Positions 1 to 13,044 of a DNA stretch of 64,000 nucleotides are shown piece after piece; within the stretch, counting starts at the first letter, position 1; every line of letters starts with the position of its first letter. The DNA lies in contig CAWCVB010000007.1 in the NCBI GenBank assembly GCA_963798915.1, positions 32,001 to 96,000 of the forward strand, given 5' to 3'. Made by a program: the position numbers and the translations under genes. Source of the DNA: an uncultured Gemmatimonadales bacterium. GTDB lineage: Bacteria > Gemmatimonadota > Gemmatimonadetes > Gemmatimonadales > GWC2-71-9. The notes under the pieces were generated by a model. That model was not told the origin of the DNA, searched no databases, and was given only the letters and a program-made list of their open reading frames with translations.

Positions 1-3040
<3,040 letters not shown>

Positions 3041-3248
3041 CTACACCGCAGAGCGGATGGCGCGATGATCAATGGCACTCACCTCAGTCTTTAATTTGCG
3101 GGGCTGCTGATCCGCCTGGCGCCGGCTTCGTGCCGAAGCAGCCACTCCTTGCGCTCGAGGCCACCGGCATATCCTGTCGGACGTGCGTCAGCGCCGATCA
3201 CTGCGTCGCTTTGTTTCTTGCGACTCACGTGAGGCATTAGCTTTCACC

Positions 3249-3440
3249 ATGACCCGCATCGCTACCATCACCTGCCCGCACTGCGGCGCGCAGCGGACGG
3301 GTGAAATTCCGTCGGATGCCTGCGTCGTCCGCTGGACCTGCCCCGCATGCCGCCATGAGGTCCGTCCCATCGCCGGTCACTGCTGCGTTTTCTGTTCCCA
3401 TAGTGACCAGGACTGCCAGTTGCACTCGTCGGAGATGTGA
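3249..3440 (+). CDS. GDCCVxC-family small Cys-rich metal-binding protein
   Basis: ITCPHCG...CPAC...GHCCVFCS pattern, 63 aa. Confidence 0.75.
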   Translation: MTRIATITCPHCGAQRTGEIPSDACVVRWTCPACRHEVRPIAGHCCVFCSHSDQDCQLHSSEM

Positions 3441-3539
3441 CGGCGCGTCTGTCGCGGTTCTGGGGCGGCGCTGTTCCGTCCCGATGGCAGCGGCCAGGCC
3501 GCGTCGCAGGCTCCCATGACTGGTGAGAATGGAGTGAGG

Positions 3540-6500
3540 TTACTCCGGCGCGCCCAAGGCGAGCCGCTGAGCCGACGCCCGCGCCTCTTGCACCATGGGC
3601 TGCAGTTCGGGATCGGCATTACGCCAGGCCGATGCGAAGAACTCGAACTCCGATTGCGCCTCCGCCAGCCGGCCGGTCCGCTCGTAGAGCCGCGCCAGCT
3701 GCAGGTGAGCCAGCGGTACATTCCAGAGCGACTGGAAGGCCAGTTCAGCCGTATCCAACCGGTTCAACTTGAGTGCGACGCGGCCCAGGCCCCATTCCGC
3801 CAGCGTCGAGATGAACCGGTCCTCGAGATTATTTGCCAGCACGTCCTGAAAGCCGCGCATCGCTGCGGTGGCATCGCCGTGCCGCCACCGCGCGAACGCG
3901 TCGGCGAAGCGGACCGCCTCGCCCCACCGGTAGGCGGTGATGCTGTCGCCCGATGTGAGAGCGTGCCGAAGCTGTTGGCGGGCACCCGACAACAATACCG
4001 CATGGGCCTCCCATTGCGCCCGGTTGGCCGCATCGATGAGAGCGCATTGGATTCGGCGGGTATCATCGGCGGGAGTCTCGGTGGTCCGTGACGCGAGCTT
4101 CATCGCCAAGAACAGGGATGGGACCGGAAATTCAAACGTGGCCAGCGCGGCGACCCCACAGCCCCATGAGGTGGTACGACCCCTGGGGTCGTCCGTCACC
4201 GCGAGCGCCTGTCGCAGTCGTCCGTCAATTTGGGCCAGGGCGTAGAAATGCCCGTTCAGGACCGTCGGCAGCGCACTTCCCAGGCGCGGGATCAGCAGGG
4301 GTAGCACCGCCTCACGTTCACGCGCAAATCTGGGATGCTGCAGGTGGTCGAAGACCATCCCGGCGGTGGGGGAGTCGAGCGAATCGAGCGTTTGGCGTGC
4401 GCTGGCCTTCGCGGGCCCCTGGCCAAAGGTCAATGCGAAGGCGAGTTGGGCCGCCCGGGTGCGAGCTGCACCCGGCGCCAGCCGTTCATATGCTTCGACC
4501 TGCTGGGCGATGTGCGCACTGTCTGGCTGCCATACGAAGGCGAGATCCAGCAGGTGCGCCCGAAATGGAGCCGACGTCGGCTGGAGTTCGCTGGCACGCG
4601 TGAGGGCGCGCACCGCTTTTTCGGGCCCCCCGGCCGTCCCCCGGTCGTGAAAGTAGGCGTCTCCCAGCTCATACCACAGTTGGGCGTCATCGGGATATTT
4701 CCGCACGGCTGCCTCGAGCATGGCGACGCCGGCTTGCCTTCCCTGCCAGCGGATCCAGACCGCCCGGGCCAGACTGGCCTCACGAGGAGATAGTCGGCTG
4801 GCCAACCGGTAGGCGACGGCTCGTGCCTCCACTGCACGGGTCTCATGTGCGCTCTCATCCCACGCATACGCCTCGCCCAGGCGGCTGTAGGCCAGCGCAA
4901 AAAGCGTGTCGCTGGCCACGGCACGTTCCCAGGCGGAGGTCGCACCGTTGAAATCCGAGCGGCGGAACCGCGCCTCCCCCTCCAGATAGGCCTTGAGCGC
5001 GCTCAGTGAGGACGTCGTAATACCGGCCAGGTTGATGCCAGGAAGCTCACCTGGATCCCGGTCGAGGATCATGGCCAGCGTCTGCATCCCGAGACGGTCG
5101 GCCAGGACGAGCATGCTGTCCGCCGGCCCTTCCACCTGTAATTGACCGAGAGAGCGATCGCCCTGCAGGTCATGAATGTCTACCAGGAGGCGGACCTGCG
5201 GGCCCGCCACGATGGCAGTACCAATCAGCGCGTAGCGCGCGCCGGTACGACGGGCCACCTCGAGCTTGCTGCTCAGCTCGGTAACGCCGCGATCTCCTCC
5301 TGCCTTGTTCCAGCGGGCCAGGAGCGCTCCCACGCTTGCAGTGCGGAGGCCTGCGGCGCCATCCAGCCCGGTCGAGAGCAGGTCCATCATGCCCTCGCGC
5401 CACAGGTCAAGTCCATCCCCGTACACTCTGAAGGGCAGCACCGCGATGGCGGGGGCCGGGACGTCAGCGACGACGGGTGAATTCGACCTGCCGACCCGCC
5501 ACAGGGCGAAGGACGCGGCGGCCACCAGTGCAATGAGTGTTACAGTGACAGCGGCCCGGCCCCGACCGGTCCGGAACGCCAGGCGGAGCCGGCGGGCCAC
5601 CCCCGCAGCGGGCACCGACGTAAGATCGAGCAGGAGCTGGCTGACGCTCTGGTACCGATCCTCGGGACGCTTCTCGAGCAGCCGCATCACGATCTGGCTG
5701 AGCGACTCGGGGACCGTCGGCACCCGCCGGTTGGGTGGCTCCGGTCGGTCATGCAGGATGGACTGGATGACCGCGCGGTCGTTGCCAGCGGCAAATGGCC
5801 TCGCGCCCGTCAGCATTTCATAGAGTACGACCCCAAGACTCCAGAGATCGGTGCGTACGTCCACCTGGTCGCCGCGCGTCTGCTCCGGCGACATGTAGGC
5901 AATGGTGCCGGGCGTCACGCCGGGGCGGGTGCGACTCACGTCCACGGCCTTGGCAAGGCCAAAGTCCAGGAGTCTCGGAATCCCGTCGGACGCCAGCATG
6001 ATGTTCCCTGGCTTCACGTCGCGGTGAACGATGCCCCGGGCGTGAGCAGCGCCGAGGCCCCGGGCGATCTGCACCGCGACATCGCGCGCCTCCTCAACGG
6101 CCAGCGGTCCCCGCCGGAGCCGCTGCTGCAGGGTCTCGCCATCGTAACAGGCCATGGCGATGAATGGCTGGCCGCCAGTGGTTTCGCCAACCTCATGGAC
6201 GGTGCAGACGTTGGGATGCTCCAGCGCTGCGGCAGCCCGGGCCTCGCCCAGCAGTCGCTCCTCGTCCGCCAGGCCGCCGTCCAGGTGATCGGGCAGCAGC
6301 TTCAGGGCGACGTCGCGATTCAATCGCGAATCTCGGGCCCGATAGACGGTGCCCATCCCACCCGAGCCGATGTGTTCGAGAATCGTGTAGCGGCCGACCA
6401 TGTCACCCGGGGACAATCCAGGTGCAATGAAATGACCGGACGCAGACGAGCCGACCACTTCGCCCAATCGCTCAAAGAAGGCCTCGGCTGGCGCGACATG

Positions 6501-6635
6501 CTCCAGCAACGACAGGAGCTCAGCCCGAAGCTCCTGATCCCCGGCACACACCTGCTCGACGAATGCGGCCCTCGCATCCGCCGGCAGTGCCTGTGCCTCG
6601 TCGAACAGGCGCTCGAGGTCGTCCTGCGGTGTCAT
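3540..6635 (-). CDS. Membrane Ser/Thr protein kinase with TolB-N-like and TPR domains
   Basis: GSGGMGTVY, VALK, HRDVKPGN, DFG motifs; TM helix; IAVLPF; TPR-like helices. ATG overlaps the ECF stop (ATGA). Confidence 0.93.
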   Translation of the reverse strand: MTPQDDLERLFDEAQALPADARAAFVEQVCAGDQELRAELLSLLEHVAPAEAFFERLGEVVGSSASGHFIAPGLSPGDMVGRYTILEHIGSGGMGTVYRARDSRLNRDVALKLLPDHLDGGLADEERLLGEARAAAALEHPNVCTVHEVGETTGGQPFIAMACYDGETLQQRLRRGPLAVEEARDVAVQIARGLGAAHARGIVHRDVKPGNIMLASDGIPRLLDFGLAKAVDVSRTRPGVTPGTIAYMSPEQTRGDQVDVRTDLWSLGVVLYEMLTGARPFAAGNDRAVIQSILHDRPEPPNRRVPTVPESLSQIVMRLLEKRPEDRYQSVSQLLLDLTSVPAAGVARRLRLAFRTGRGRAAVTVTLIALVAAASFALWRVGRSNSPVVADVPAPAIAVLPFRVYGDGLDLWREGMMDLLSTGLDGAAGLRTASVGALLARWNKAGGDRGVTELSSKLEVARRTGARYALIGTAIVAGPQVRLLVDIHDLQGDRSLGQLQVEGPADSMLVLADRLGMQTLAMILDRDPGELPGINLAGITTSSLSALKAYLEGEARFRRSDFNGATSAWERAVASDTLFALAYSRLGEAYAWDESAHETRAVEARAVAYRLASRLSPREASLARAVWIRWQGRQAGVAMLEAAVRKYPDDAQLWYELGDAYFHDRGTAGGPEKAVRALTRASELQPTSAPFRAHLLDLAFVWQPDSAHIAQQVEAYERLAPGAARTRAAQLAFALTFGQGPAKASARQTLDSLDSPTAGMVFDHLQHPRFAREREAVLPLLIPRLGSALPTVLNGHFYALAQIDGRLRQALAVTDDPRGRTTSWGCGVAALATFEFPVPSLFLAMKLASRTTETPADDTRRIQCALIDAANRAQWEAHAVLLSGARQQLRHALTSGDSITAYRWGEAVRFADAFARWRHGDATAAMRGFQDVLANNLEDRFISTLAEWGLGRVALKLNRLDTAELAFQSLWNVPLAHLQLARLYERTGRLAEAQSEFEFFASAWRNADPELQPMVQEARASAQRLALGAPE

Positions 6636-7237
6636 GGAGAACTCTCCAGCGCCCGGCCGACATCCCGATGCAGCCAGGCCTGCGCCATGGCCCAGCCGCG
6701 CTTCACCGTTGCCGGAGAAATTCCCAGCGCTTCGGCCGTGTCCTCGATGCCCATGCCCGCAAAGAAGCGACACTCGACAATGCGACTCTGCCTGGCGTTG
6801 CGCTGTTCCAGGCGCAGGAGCGAGGCGTCCAGGGCGACCAGGGCATCGGCCACCACATCGGATGGATCGGTGTCACCCTTCAGGATGTCCTCGATCTCAT
6901 GCAGCGCCACCTGCTGGCGCCCGCCACCCCGCTTGAGCCGCTGCCTCCGCTTGGCATAGTCGAGCAGGATCTGGCGCATGGCGCGAGAAGCGACCGCCAG
7001 GAAATGCGGCCGGCTCTGCCAGGCCGGCGTGGACTGGTCGACCAGCCGCAGATAGGCCTCGTGAACCAGACCGGTGGTATTGAGGGTGTCGTCCCCATGC
7101 CACCGCTGTCGCTGCCGCTCGGCCAGCCGGTGCAGCTCGGCATAGACCAGCGGGAAGAGCTTGTCGAACGCCTCACGGTCTCCGGACCTCAGGTCGCCCA
7201 GGAGGCCGCTCACCGTGTCCTGGTGGGGGAGTGTCAT
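6632..7237 (-). CDS. Kinase-associated ECF sigma factor (ECF43/TIGR02999-like)
   Basis: LFPLVYAELHRLA, TLNTTGLVHEAYLRL, VECRFFAGM; translationally coupled to the kinase. Confidence 0.92.
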   Translation of the reverse strand: MTLPHQDTVSGLLGDLRSGDREAFDKLFPLVYAELHRLAERQRQRWHGDDTLNTTGLVHEAYLRLVDQSTPAWQSRPHFLAVASRAMRQILLDYAKRRQRLKRGGGRQQVALHEIEDILKGDTDPSDVVADALVALDASLLRLEQRNARQSRIVECRFFAGMGIEDTAEALGISPATVKRGWAMAQAWLHRDVGRALESSP

Positions 7238-7364
7238 ATCAGTCACGCATCCAGCGGCGGGATCGGTGCATGGATTACCCACACACGGTCACTACCAACT
7301 TCCCTCGCCCGGCAGAGGCTGTCAACAGAGACGGCACCGCCAGAACGGCTTCGTCGCCGGCCGA

Positions 7365-7393
7365 TGAGCCAAAATCCGATCGTTTGTCGTGAA
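7365..7393 (+). promoter_or_regulatory. Candidate ECF promoter TGAGCCA-N16-CGTGAA
   Basis: Same TG-N-CGT geometry (7 + 16 nt) as the four-copy motif at 53-58 kb; single copy only. Confidence 0.35.
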
Positions 7394-7500
7394 TAGGGTG
7401 CAGCTCTTTCGACCAGCACCGGGAGGCGATCGGCCGGGTTCGGACGGAGTATGTCTCCCATCTACCGCAGTTCCAAATGGAAATCAAGGAGAGTGCAGCG

Positions 7501-8157
7501 ATGGGCAACAAGTGCTTGCCGCTTGTCTTGCTGGCGGCGATGGCTCAGCTCGTGGGGTGCGCAGGAACAGATTCAGTGGCGCCGACCAGCAATGCGGTCG
7601 CCGGGCCGGTGTCGCTCGCCAGCGCTGCCGCGCCGGTGATTGAGACCGAACTGCCCCTCAGCGCGGTGGGCGGCTCAGGCATCTCAGGAACGGTGACCCT
7701 GACGCGGACAGCTGAAGGACTCTGGGCGGATCTCGCGGTGGACGGCCTGACCCCGGGCTATGCGTACAGCATCTGGTGGGGCATCTTCGACAATCCTCAG
7801 GGATGCGTTGACGCCTGCGATCCCTCCGACCTTGCGGTTCGCGAGGCGCAGGGCAGCCTGGTGAATGGCGGTGGCTTCGTGGCCACCGGCAGCACCGTCT
7901 ATCATCAGACGCACCTGCTCCGTCATGACATCGAAGGAAAGTCCCTCCAGGTTGGTGACGCCTCGGGCGTGGACAATCCATTCAGGGCGGAAGTCCATGT
8001 GGTGGTCCGGAACCATGGCCCGGCCGAGACCGATCCGGCCAACCTGGCGCTGCAGACGGGCACCTTCGCCACCTTCTGCAACCTGCCGATGGTCGGGTGC
8101 GCCAATGCGGCCCTCTCAATGTTCTCGGCGCCGGGCGCTCCCGGACGCGCGGAGTAG
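7501..8157 (+). CDS. Lipoprotein of unknown function
   Basis: RBS AAGGAG, lipobox LVGC, motifs YSIWWGIFDNP, CVDAC, EVHVVVRNHGP. Confidence 0.8.
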   Translation: MGNKCLPLVLLAAMAQLVGCAGTDSVAPTSNAVAGPVSLASAAAPVIETELPLSAVGGSGISGTVTLTRTAEGLWADLAVDGLTPGYAYSIWWGIFDNPQGCVDACDPSDLAVREAQGSLVNGGGFVATGSTVYHQTHLLRHDIEGKSLQVGDASGVDNPFRAEVHVVVRNHGPAETDPANLALQTGTFATFCNLPMVGCANAALSMFSAPGAPGRAE

Positions 8158-8161
8158 CCCC

Positions 8162-9166
8162 ATGTTCAGGTTGTGCGGTCGCGAGCAGGGCGTACGGTTG
8201 GCAGTCGTGATGGCCGCGGTGTGCTCATTCGCGTGCGACGGCCCTGCTCCGACCGACGTATCCGCGGCAACGTTCTCGGCGGCGAGCGGTCACACCGCTC
8301 TCGTCGAGCGCGGTCGCCAGCTCTTTTTCAACGAGACCTTCGGCGGCAATGGCCGCACCTGCGGCACCTGCCATCCCGCCCCGACGCTCGTCCTCACGCC
8401 GGCCGATATCGCCCGGCTGTCCCCAGACGATCCCTTCTTTGCGGGGGCCATGGACGTCGATCCCCAGATGGCCGCGCGCGGCATGATCCGCTATCCACTG
8501 GGCGGCGCCTCCCTGTTCAGCCCGCAGATGACGGTCTTCCGCGGTATTCCCACCATCCGCAATGTTCGCCGCACTGCCCCGTTTACCTCGGACGGGCGGG
8601 CGGCCACGCTTCAGGAGCAGGCGGCCGAAGCGGCGCTGTTGCACCTGCTGGACGGCGCGGCGGACCGGCCCGGCGAGCGGGTACCCACGGCGGAGGAGCT
8701 GGACGCGATCGTTGCGTTCGAGGAGGCGATGTCCGAGCCAGCAACGGGGGGCGTGGGTCTCGATCTCCTGTCAGCCAGGGCACGCGAGGGACGAAAGTTG
8801 TTTTTCGGGAAGGCATCATGCACCAGCTGCCATGTGCCGCCGCTCTTGACCGACAACCAGTTCCACGGCATCGTGGCACGGCGGCCGGACGAAGCGGCTA
8901 ACGATCCGGGCCGCTGCCGGATCGAGCCCTCCTTGCCGGATTGCGCGCAGGGGGGCGCCGCATTCAATACGCCCCAGCTCCGCGGTGTGGCCAAGAGTCC
9001 ACCCTTCTTCCATGACAACAGCCTGGCCACTCTGCGGGCCGTGGTCGACTTCTACAACAGCCAGCGGTTCAGCAACTCGCCGGCCGCACAGCGCCTGGGC
9101 ATTGCGCCGCTGCACCTCACCGAGGCTGAGCGGGAAGCGCTGGTTGCATTTCTCGAAACGCTCTGA
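8162..9166 (+). CDS. Di-heme cytochrome c, bCcP/MauG superfamily, probable lipoprotein
   Basis: Two CXXCH (CGTCH, CTSCH), PTIRNV..TAPFTSDGR, FNTPQLRGV..PPFFHD; lipobox-like SFAC. Confidence 0.87.
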   Translation: MFRLCGREQGVRLAVVMAAVCSFACDGPAPTDVSAATFSAASGHTALVERGRQLFFNETFGGNGRTCGTCHPAPTLVLTPADIARLSPDDPFFAGAMDVDPQMAARGMIRYPLGGASLFSPQMTVFRGIPTIRNVRRTAPFTSDGRAATLQEQAAEAALLHLLDGAADRPGERVPTAEELDAIVAFEEAMSEPATGGVGLDLLSARAREGRKLFFGKASCTSCHVPPLLTDNQFHGIVARRPDEAANDPGRCRIEPSLPDCAQGGAAFNTPQLRGVAKSPPFFHDNSLATLRAVVDFYNSQRFSNSPAAQRLGIAPLHLTEAEREALVAFLETL

Positions 9167-9180
9167 GAGGCAAGCCAACA

Positions 9181-9228
9181 AGAGGGGCCGAAGGCACCGT
9201 ATCGCAGGCCTTCGGCTCCTCTTTCGTT
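9181..9228 (+). terminator. Probable intrinsic terminator
   Basis: 15-bp stem AGAGGGGCCGAAGGC / GCCTTCGGCTCCTCT followed by TTCGTT, just after the cytochrome stop. Confidence 0.65.
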
Positions 9229-9603
9229 CTGAGCCCCCTCTGCGTTGCGTCGTTGCCGTCCACGCCGCACCGGGCTACTTTGTGGTACAAAGCTGACGCG
9301 TTCGATCCCGCGGAAGCTGGTTCATGGCGGGGACCACTCGCTCCACGGAGGTCCAGCGGGCAGACCGCGCTCGCGGGTCGGCTCGGCCGCGTCCGTGGAT
9401 GATCATGGCACTGTCTGATCACGGACGCGTCGGCTGCGTGACGGACGACTTGCCTCCCCAGTCTCGCGAACGTTGGCTCTGCTACTGCGTCGCGATGCCG
9501 TAACGACCAAAGCGCCATCCGCGCCGTCTGACCGAACCTGCAGTCTTGCCCGCGCCCATCTCTATTCTGGAACTTGGCCGCCGCCCACTCCGTAGATCAT
9601 GGA

Positions 9604-11319
9604 ATGCGACGACTCCCGGCATCCCTGCTCGTAATGCTGCTCGCCTGCGCTGGCGGGCCGTTGTCAGCTCAGCAGATCCCGACACTCGACCCCACCGCCG
9701 CCGTTGCGCACTACGGGACTGTCCGACGGGCGCGCGCACTGTACGCCGAAGGGCACTACGCCGAGGCGGAGTCGCTGCTCTCGGCGCTCGTCAGGGAAGC
9801 GTCAGACAACGGTGAACTCTGGTACATCCTGGCGCGAGCTCATGATCGCCAGGGTGAGGCGCGGGCGGCGATCAACGCCTATCGCCATTCCGCCGAAGCC
9901 GGGTACGGCGCGGGGCCGTGGGCCGCGCACCGCATCGCAGAGTTGTACGCGGTCCTTGGCGTGGCCGACTCCGCGCTCGAATGGCTCTCCCGGTCCCTGG
10001 CGCTTCGCTGGGATGACCGGCCGGGAATCGCGGAGGACGACGCATTCGCCACCTTGCGTGACGATCCCCGCTTCCAGCGGCTGGCCGGGATGCCGGCGAT
10101 CACGCCCGGTTCGCGGAACGCGGGCTGGCGTCAGGATGTCGACTACCTCGTCCATGAGGCGAAGCGGATGCACGCTGGTCCGGAACATCTCGCCTTCTCG
10201 ACGGCGTTCGCCTCGGCGGCGCGAGCGCTGAAGGCGCGCGTGCCCGAATTGACGAATGACCAGATCGTGATGGAGATGCGCGCCATTCTGGTGACGCTCG
10301 GTGATGGGCACAGCGCGATCTATGGTCCCGGGCCCGACTCGCCTCTCACGTTCGACGGCGGGATTCTGCCGCTCGAGTTCCACGAGTTCACCGACGGCCT
10401 GTATGTGATTGATGGCGTGGGCGCCCTGGCTCGTTACGCCGGCGCGCGCGTGCTCCGCTTCGGCGACGTGCCGGCCGAGCGGGCGCTCGCGGAACTCGCA
10501 CGCTACACGAACCATGACAACGCAATGACGGTCCGGTGGCTCGGCGATTTCTTCATCCTGCCCACGCTGGACTACCTGCGCGCGATCGGCGCCGCTGGAG
10601 CCGGACACACCGTGACCCTCACTCTGCGGGAAACCAATGGCGTCGTCCGGACCTTGACCGTCGAAGCGCCTGATGGGCCGCTTCCCTTCCCGCGTAAGCT
10701 CCGCCCGCCGCCTGACCAGTCCCATCCACCGCTCTACCTCAGTCAGGTGGACACCAACTACTGGATGCGATCCCTTCCCGATCACGACGCGGTGTACTTT
10801 CAGTTTAACCAGGTGCGCGACAGGAAGGGCGGTCTCTCCATCGCGCAATTCGCGGATTCGCTGCGGTTCGCCCTCGTCCGCACCCACGCGCACGCGCTCA
10901 TTGTGGACGTGCGGCACAACAATGGCGGGAACAACAGCCTCGTGCGCCCGCTGGTGCGGGCGCTGGTCTGGTGGGAGCTCGCGGACTCTGCGCACCGCGT
11001 CTTCGTGATCACCGGACGCAACACCTTCTCGGCGGCCCAGAACTTCATCAATCAGCTGGATCGGATCACCAATGCGGTGTTTGTGGGGGAGGCATCCTCT
11101 TCCAGCCCGAACTTCACAGGCGAAGAGACCAGCCTGATCCTGCCGTACAGCCGGGTAGTCGGCAGCATTTCGACGCAGTACTGGCAGGACTCCAACCCTG
11201 ATGATACGCGGTTGTACATCGAGCCGGACATCCCGGTGGGTCTCTCGTCGGTGGACTATTTCGCCGGCCGGGACCCGGCGCTCGAGGCCATATTCCAGCT
11301 GATCGAAGCCGAGCTCTGA
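9604..11319 (+). CDS. Secreted TPR + S41-like peptidase
   Basis: Signal peptide, N-terminal TPR, LGDGHS, IVDVRHNNGGN, TFSAA, FVGE. Confidence 0.8.
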   Translation: MRRLPASLLVMLLACAGGPLSAQQIPTLDPTAAVAHYGTVRRARALYAEGHYAEAESLLSALVREASDNGELWYILARAHDRQGEARAAINAYRHSAEAGYGAGPWAAHRIAELYAVLGVADSALEWLSRSLALRWDDRPGIAEDDAFATLRDDPRFQRLAGMPAITPGSRNAGWRQDVDYLVHEAKRMHAGPEHLAFSTAFASAARALKARVPELTNDQIVMEMRAILVTLGDGHSAIYGPGPDSPLTFDGGILPLEFHEFTDGLYVIDGVGALARYAGARVLRFGDVPAERALAELARYTNHDNAMTVRWLGDFFILPTLDYLRAIGAAGAGHTVTLTLRETNGVVRTLTVEAPDGPLPFPRKLRPPPDQSHPPLYLSQVDTNYWMRSLPDHDAVYFQFNQVRDRKGGLSIAQFADSLRFALVRTHAHALIVDVRHNNGGNNSLVRPLVRALVWWELADSAHRVFVITGRNTFSAAQNFINQLDRITNAVFVGEASSSSPNFTGEETSLILPYSRVVGSISTQYWQDSNPDDTRLYIEPDIPVGLSSVDYFAGRDPALEAIFQLIEAEL

Positions 11320-11558
11320 GCGAGACGATCGGTGACCTGCCTCTCCTCGTCTCGCGAGCGTTGCCTGCTCCTGCGTCGCGATGCCGGCATGAAACGCCTT
11401 GGCGGCCAGCTCTGCGCCGCCGATGACGAGATCGATGCAGCATCCAGACGGAGAACGGGTACAGGCGGGCTGCCCTCTCGCCGTATCGACCCGCGCATCG
11501 AGCTTGGCGGGCAGCACGCCGGCGCGGCAGACCTCCTGGCGGCGGCGCATCCCCAAGG

Positions 11559-12260
11559 TTAGCCCTTCGGCCCAAACCTCCGCACTACCGTGCCACTATC
11601 GTCGAGAAACTCGATCGCGGCGGTGCCTGCCGAATCGACCACCAGCCGGAGGCGAGGCCGTCCAGCGCCGTCGGCGAGATAGACCGCGGATGAGCCGTCA
11701 AACTGGCGGCCAGCCCAGACGCGCAGGCGGCCGCGAAGCGCCCGCCACTCGGCCAGCGCCTGTGCCTTCCGGACGCTGTCGGTCATCGCCTGGATCATGT
11801 TGTACTGACGGTCCCACGCCATGCTGGTGGTCTCACCGGGGTAGTCATTGATCGCCAGCCCGGCACGGCGGCGGCCGCCGTCCTCCACATACTGCAGCGC
11901 CACCGTCTGGTCACGATCGTACTGGTCGAACGTCAGCGACCCGACCGCAGTGGTGTGGTTCGAGTCAGTCTTGCCCGAGAAGATCAGCCCACCGGCCTCG
12001 GTCTCTTCATCGTTGTAGAAGATCAGCCCCTCGCGCCTTCCTGCCCCGTAGCCGAACGGCACCCCACGCTCGATTGGCCCCGGCGTGCGTGGCGTGTTGG
12101 CGATCACCATCCGGATTCGTCCATCGGGCTCAACCACGTTGATCCGCTCCACCGTGATCTCATCGAAGCGCTGCCGGCGCTGGCTGACGAATGCTGCAGT
12201 GAGTGCCACGGTGCTGAAGGCCAGATTGGCGGCCAGCGTGGCCCGACCCAGGCGGCTCAT
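11559..12260 (-). CDS. Exported hypothetical protein
   Basis: Last gene of overlapping operon; FDEITVERINVVEPDG...RPRLRLVVD. Confidence 0.75.
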   Translation of the reverse strand: MSRLGRATLAANLAFSTVALTAAFVSQRRQRFDEITVERINVVEPDGRIRMVIANTPRTPGPIERGVPFGYGAGRREGLIFYNDEETEAGGLIFSGKTDSNHTTAVGSLTFDQYDRDQTVALQYVEDGGRRRAGLAINDYPGETTSMAWDRQYNMIQAMTDSVRKAQALAEWRALRGRLRVWAGRQFDGSSAVYLADGAGRPRLRLVVDSAGTAAIEFLDDSGTVVRRFGPKG

Positions 12261-12700
12261 GGCTTGTCCTCCTGCAACCGTTCCAGCGTGTGCTGCTGTA
12301 CCGGCGTGAGGGTGTTCTTCATTCGTATCAGCAGCAGCATCTGGCTCCGCTTGAGCTCGAACTCGCGCTTGAGCACCTGATCCACTGCTGCCATTGCGGC
12401 GGCCTCATCGATCCGCTCGGGCCGGAGCAGCGAGGCGAGTTTCTCGTTGGCGGCGCTCAGCTCCCATTGACCCGTGGCGAACTGGTCCTGGATCCGGCGG
12501 ATCTCTGCCTGCATCGCCTTCCGCTGCACGTCGCTGATCCCCAGCTGCCTCTGGTGGCGGATGACCTGGTCGGGCGAGAAGACGAATTGATAGGCGAAGT
12601 GAAACCGGAACCGGCCGGTGTCGGCCGGTGTGGAATCGGTCTGCGCCGCGAGCGGGGCCGCGAGGCCCAGCACCAGCAGCGCCAGCAGCGAGTGTCTCAT
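12257..12700 (-). CDS. Periplasmic Spy/CpxP-like (heavy-metal sensor-like) protein
   Basis: Signal peptide, helical, LGISDVQ and TLTPVQ motifs. Confidence 0.75.
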   Translation of the reverse strand: MRHSLLALLVLGLAAPLAAQTDSTPADTGRFRFHFAYQFVFSPDQVIRHQRQLGISDVQRKAMQAEIRRIQDQFATGQWELSAANEKLASLLRPERIDEAAAMAAVDQVLKREFELKRSQMLLLIRMKNTLTPVQQHTLERLQEDKP

Positions 12701-13041
12701 GGGTGTGGTTCTCCGGCAATGAACACGTCGGGCATCTCATCGACGAGCGAGGTGACCGGCGCGGAGAGGTCGCCGATTCCGGCGAGCGGTGAGTTGAGCA
12801 GGACGTCGGTTTCCGGCTGCCAGTGGACGATCTCTGCGAGGGTCACCGCCGGCAGCGGGTGATGGGCGACCCGAAGCGAGATGACGACCAGCACGACGGT
12901 CGCCGCGGCGCCGACCAGTACCCGGCGTCGGAGCCGGCTCGGGCCGGTGCGGCGGGCGCGCACCGTCTCGAATCGCGGCGCGCGGAAGCGGTCCCATTCA
13001 CGCAAGGCGGCGAACTCGCGTCGCAGTTGTTCGTCATCCAT
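12697..13041 (-). CDS. Single-TM putative anti-sigma factor
   Basis: Directly after ECF; one TM; WQPETDVLL motif. Confidence 0.65.
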   Translation of the reverse strand: MDDEQLRREFAALREWDRFRAPRFETVRARRTGPSRLRRRVLVGAAATVVLVVISLRVAHHPLPAVTLAEIVHWQPETDVLLNSPLAGIGDLSAPVTSLVDEMPDVFIAGEPHP

Positions 13042-13044
13042 CGT

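Noticed and set aside
3219..3243. CTCACGTGAG palindrome as a MerR-type promoter
   Set aside because: Spacing between plausible -35 and -10 is 14 bp, not about 19; no MerR gene nearby.
3249..3440. Possible selenoprotein
   Set aside because: All motif positions are Cys codons; no in-frame TGA within the domain.
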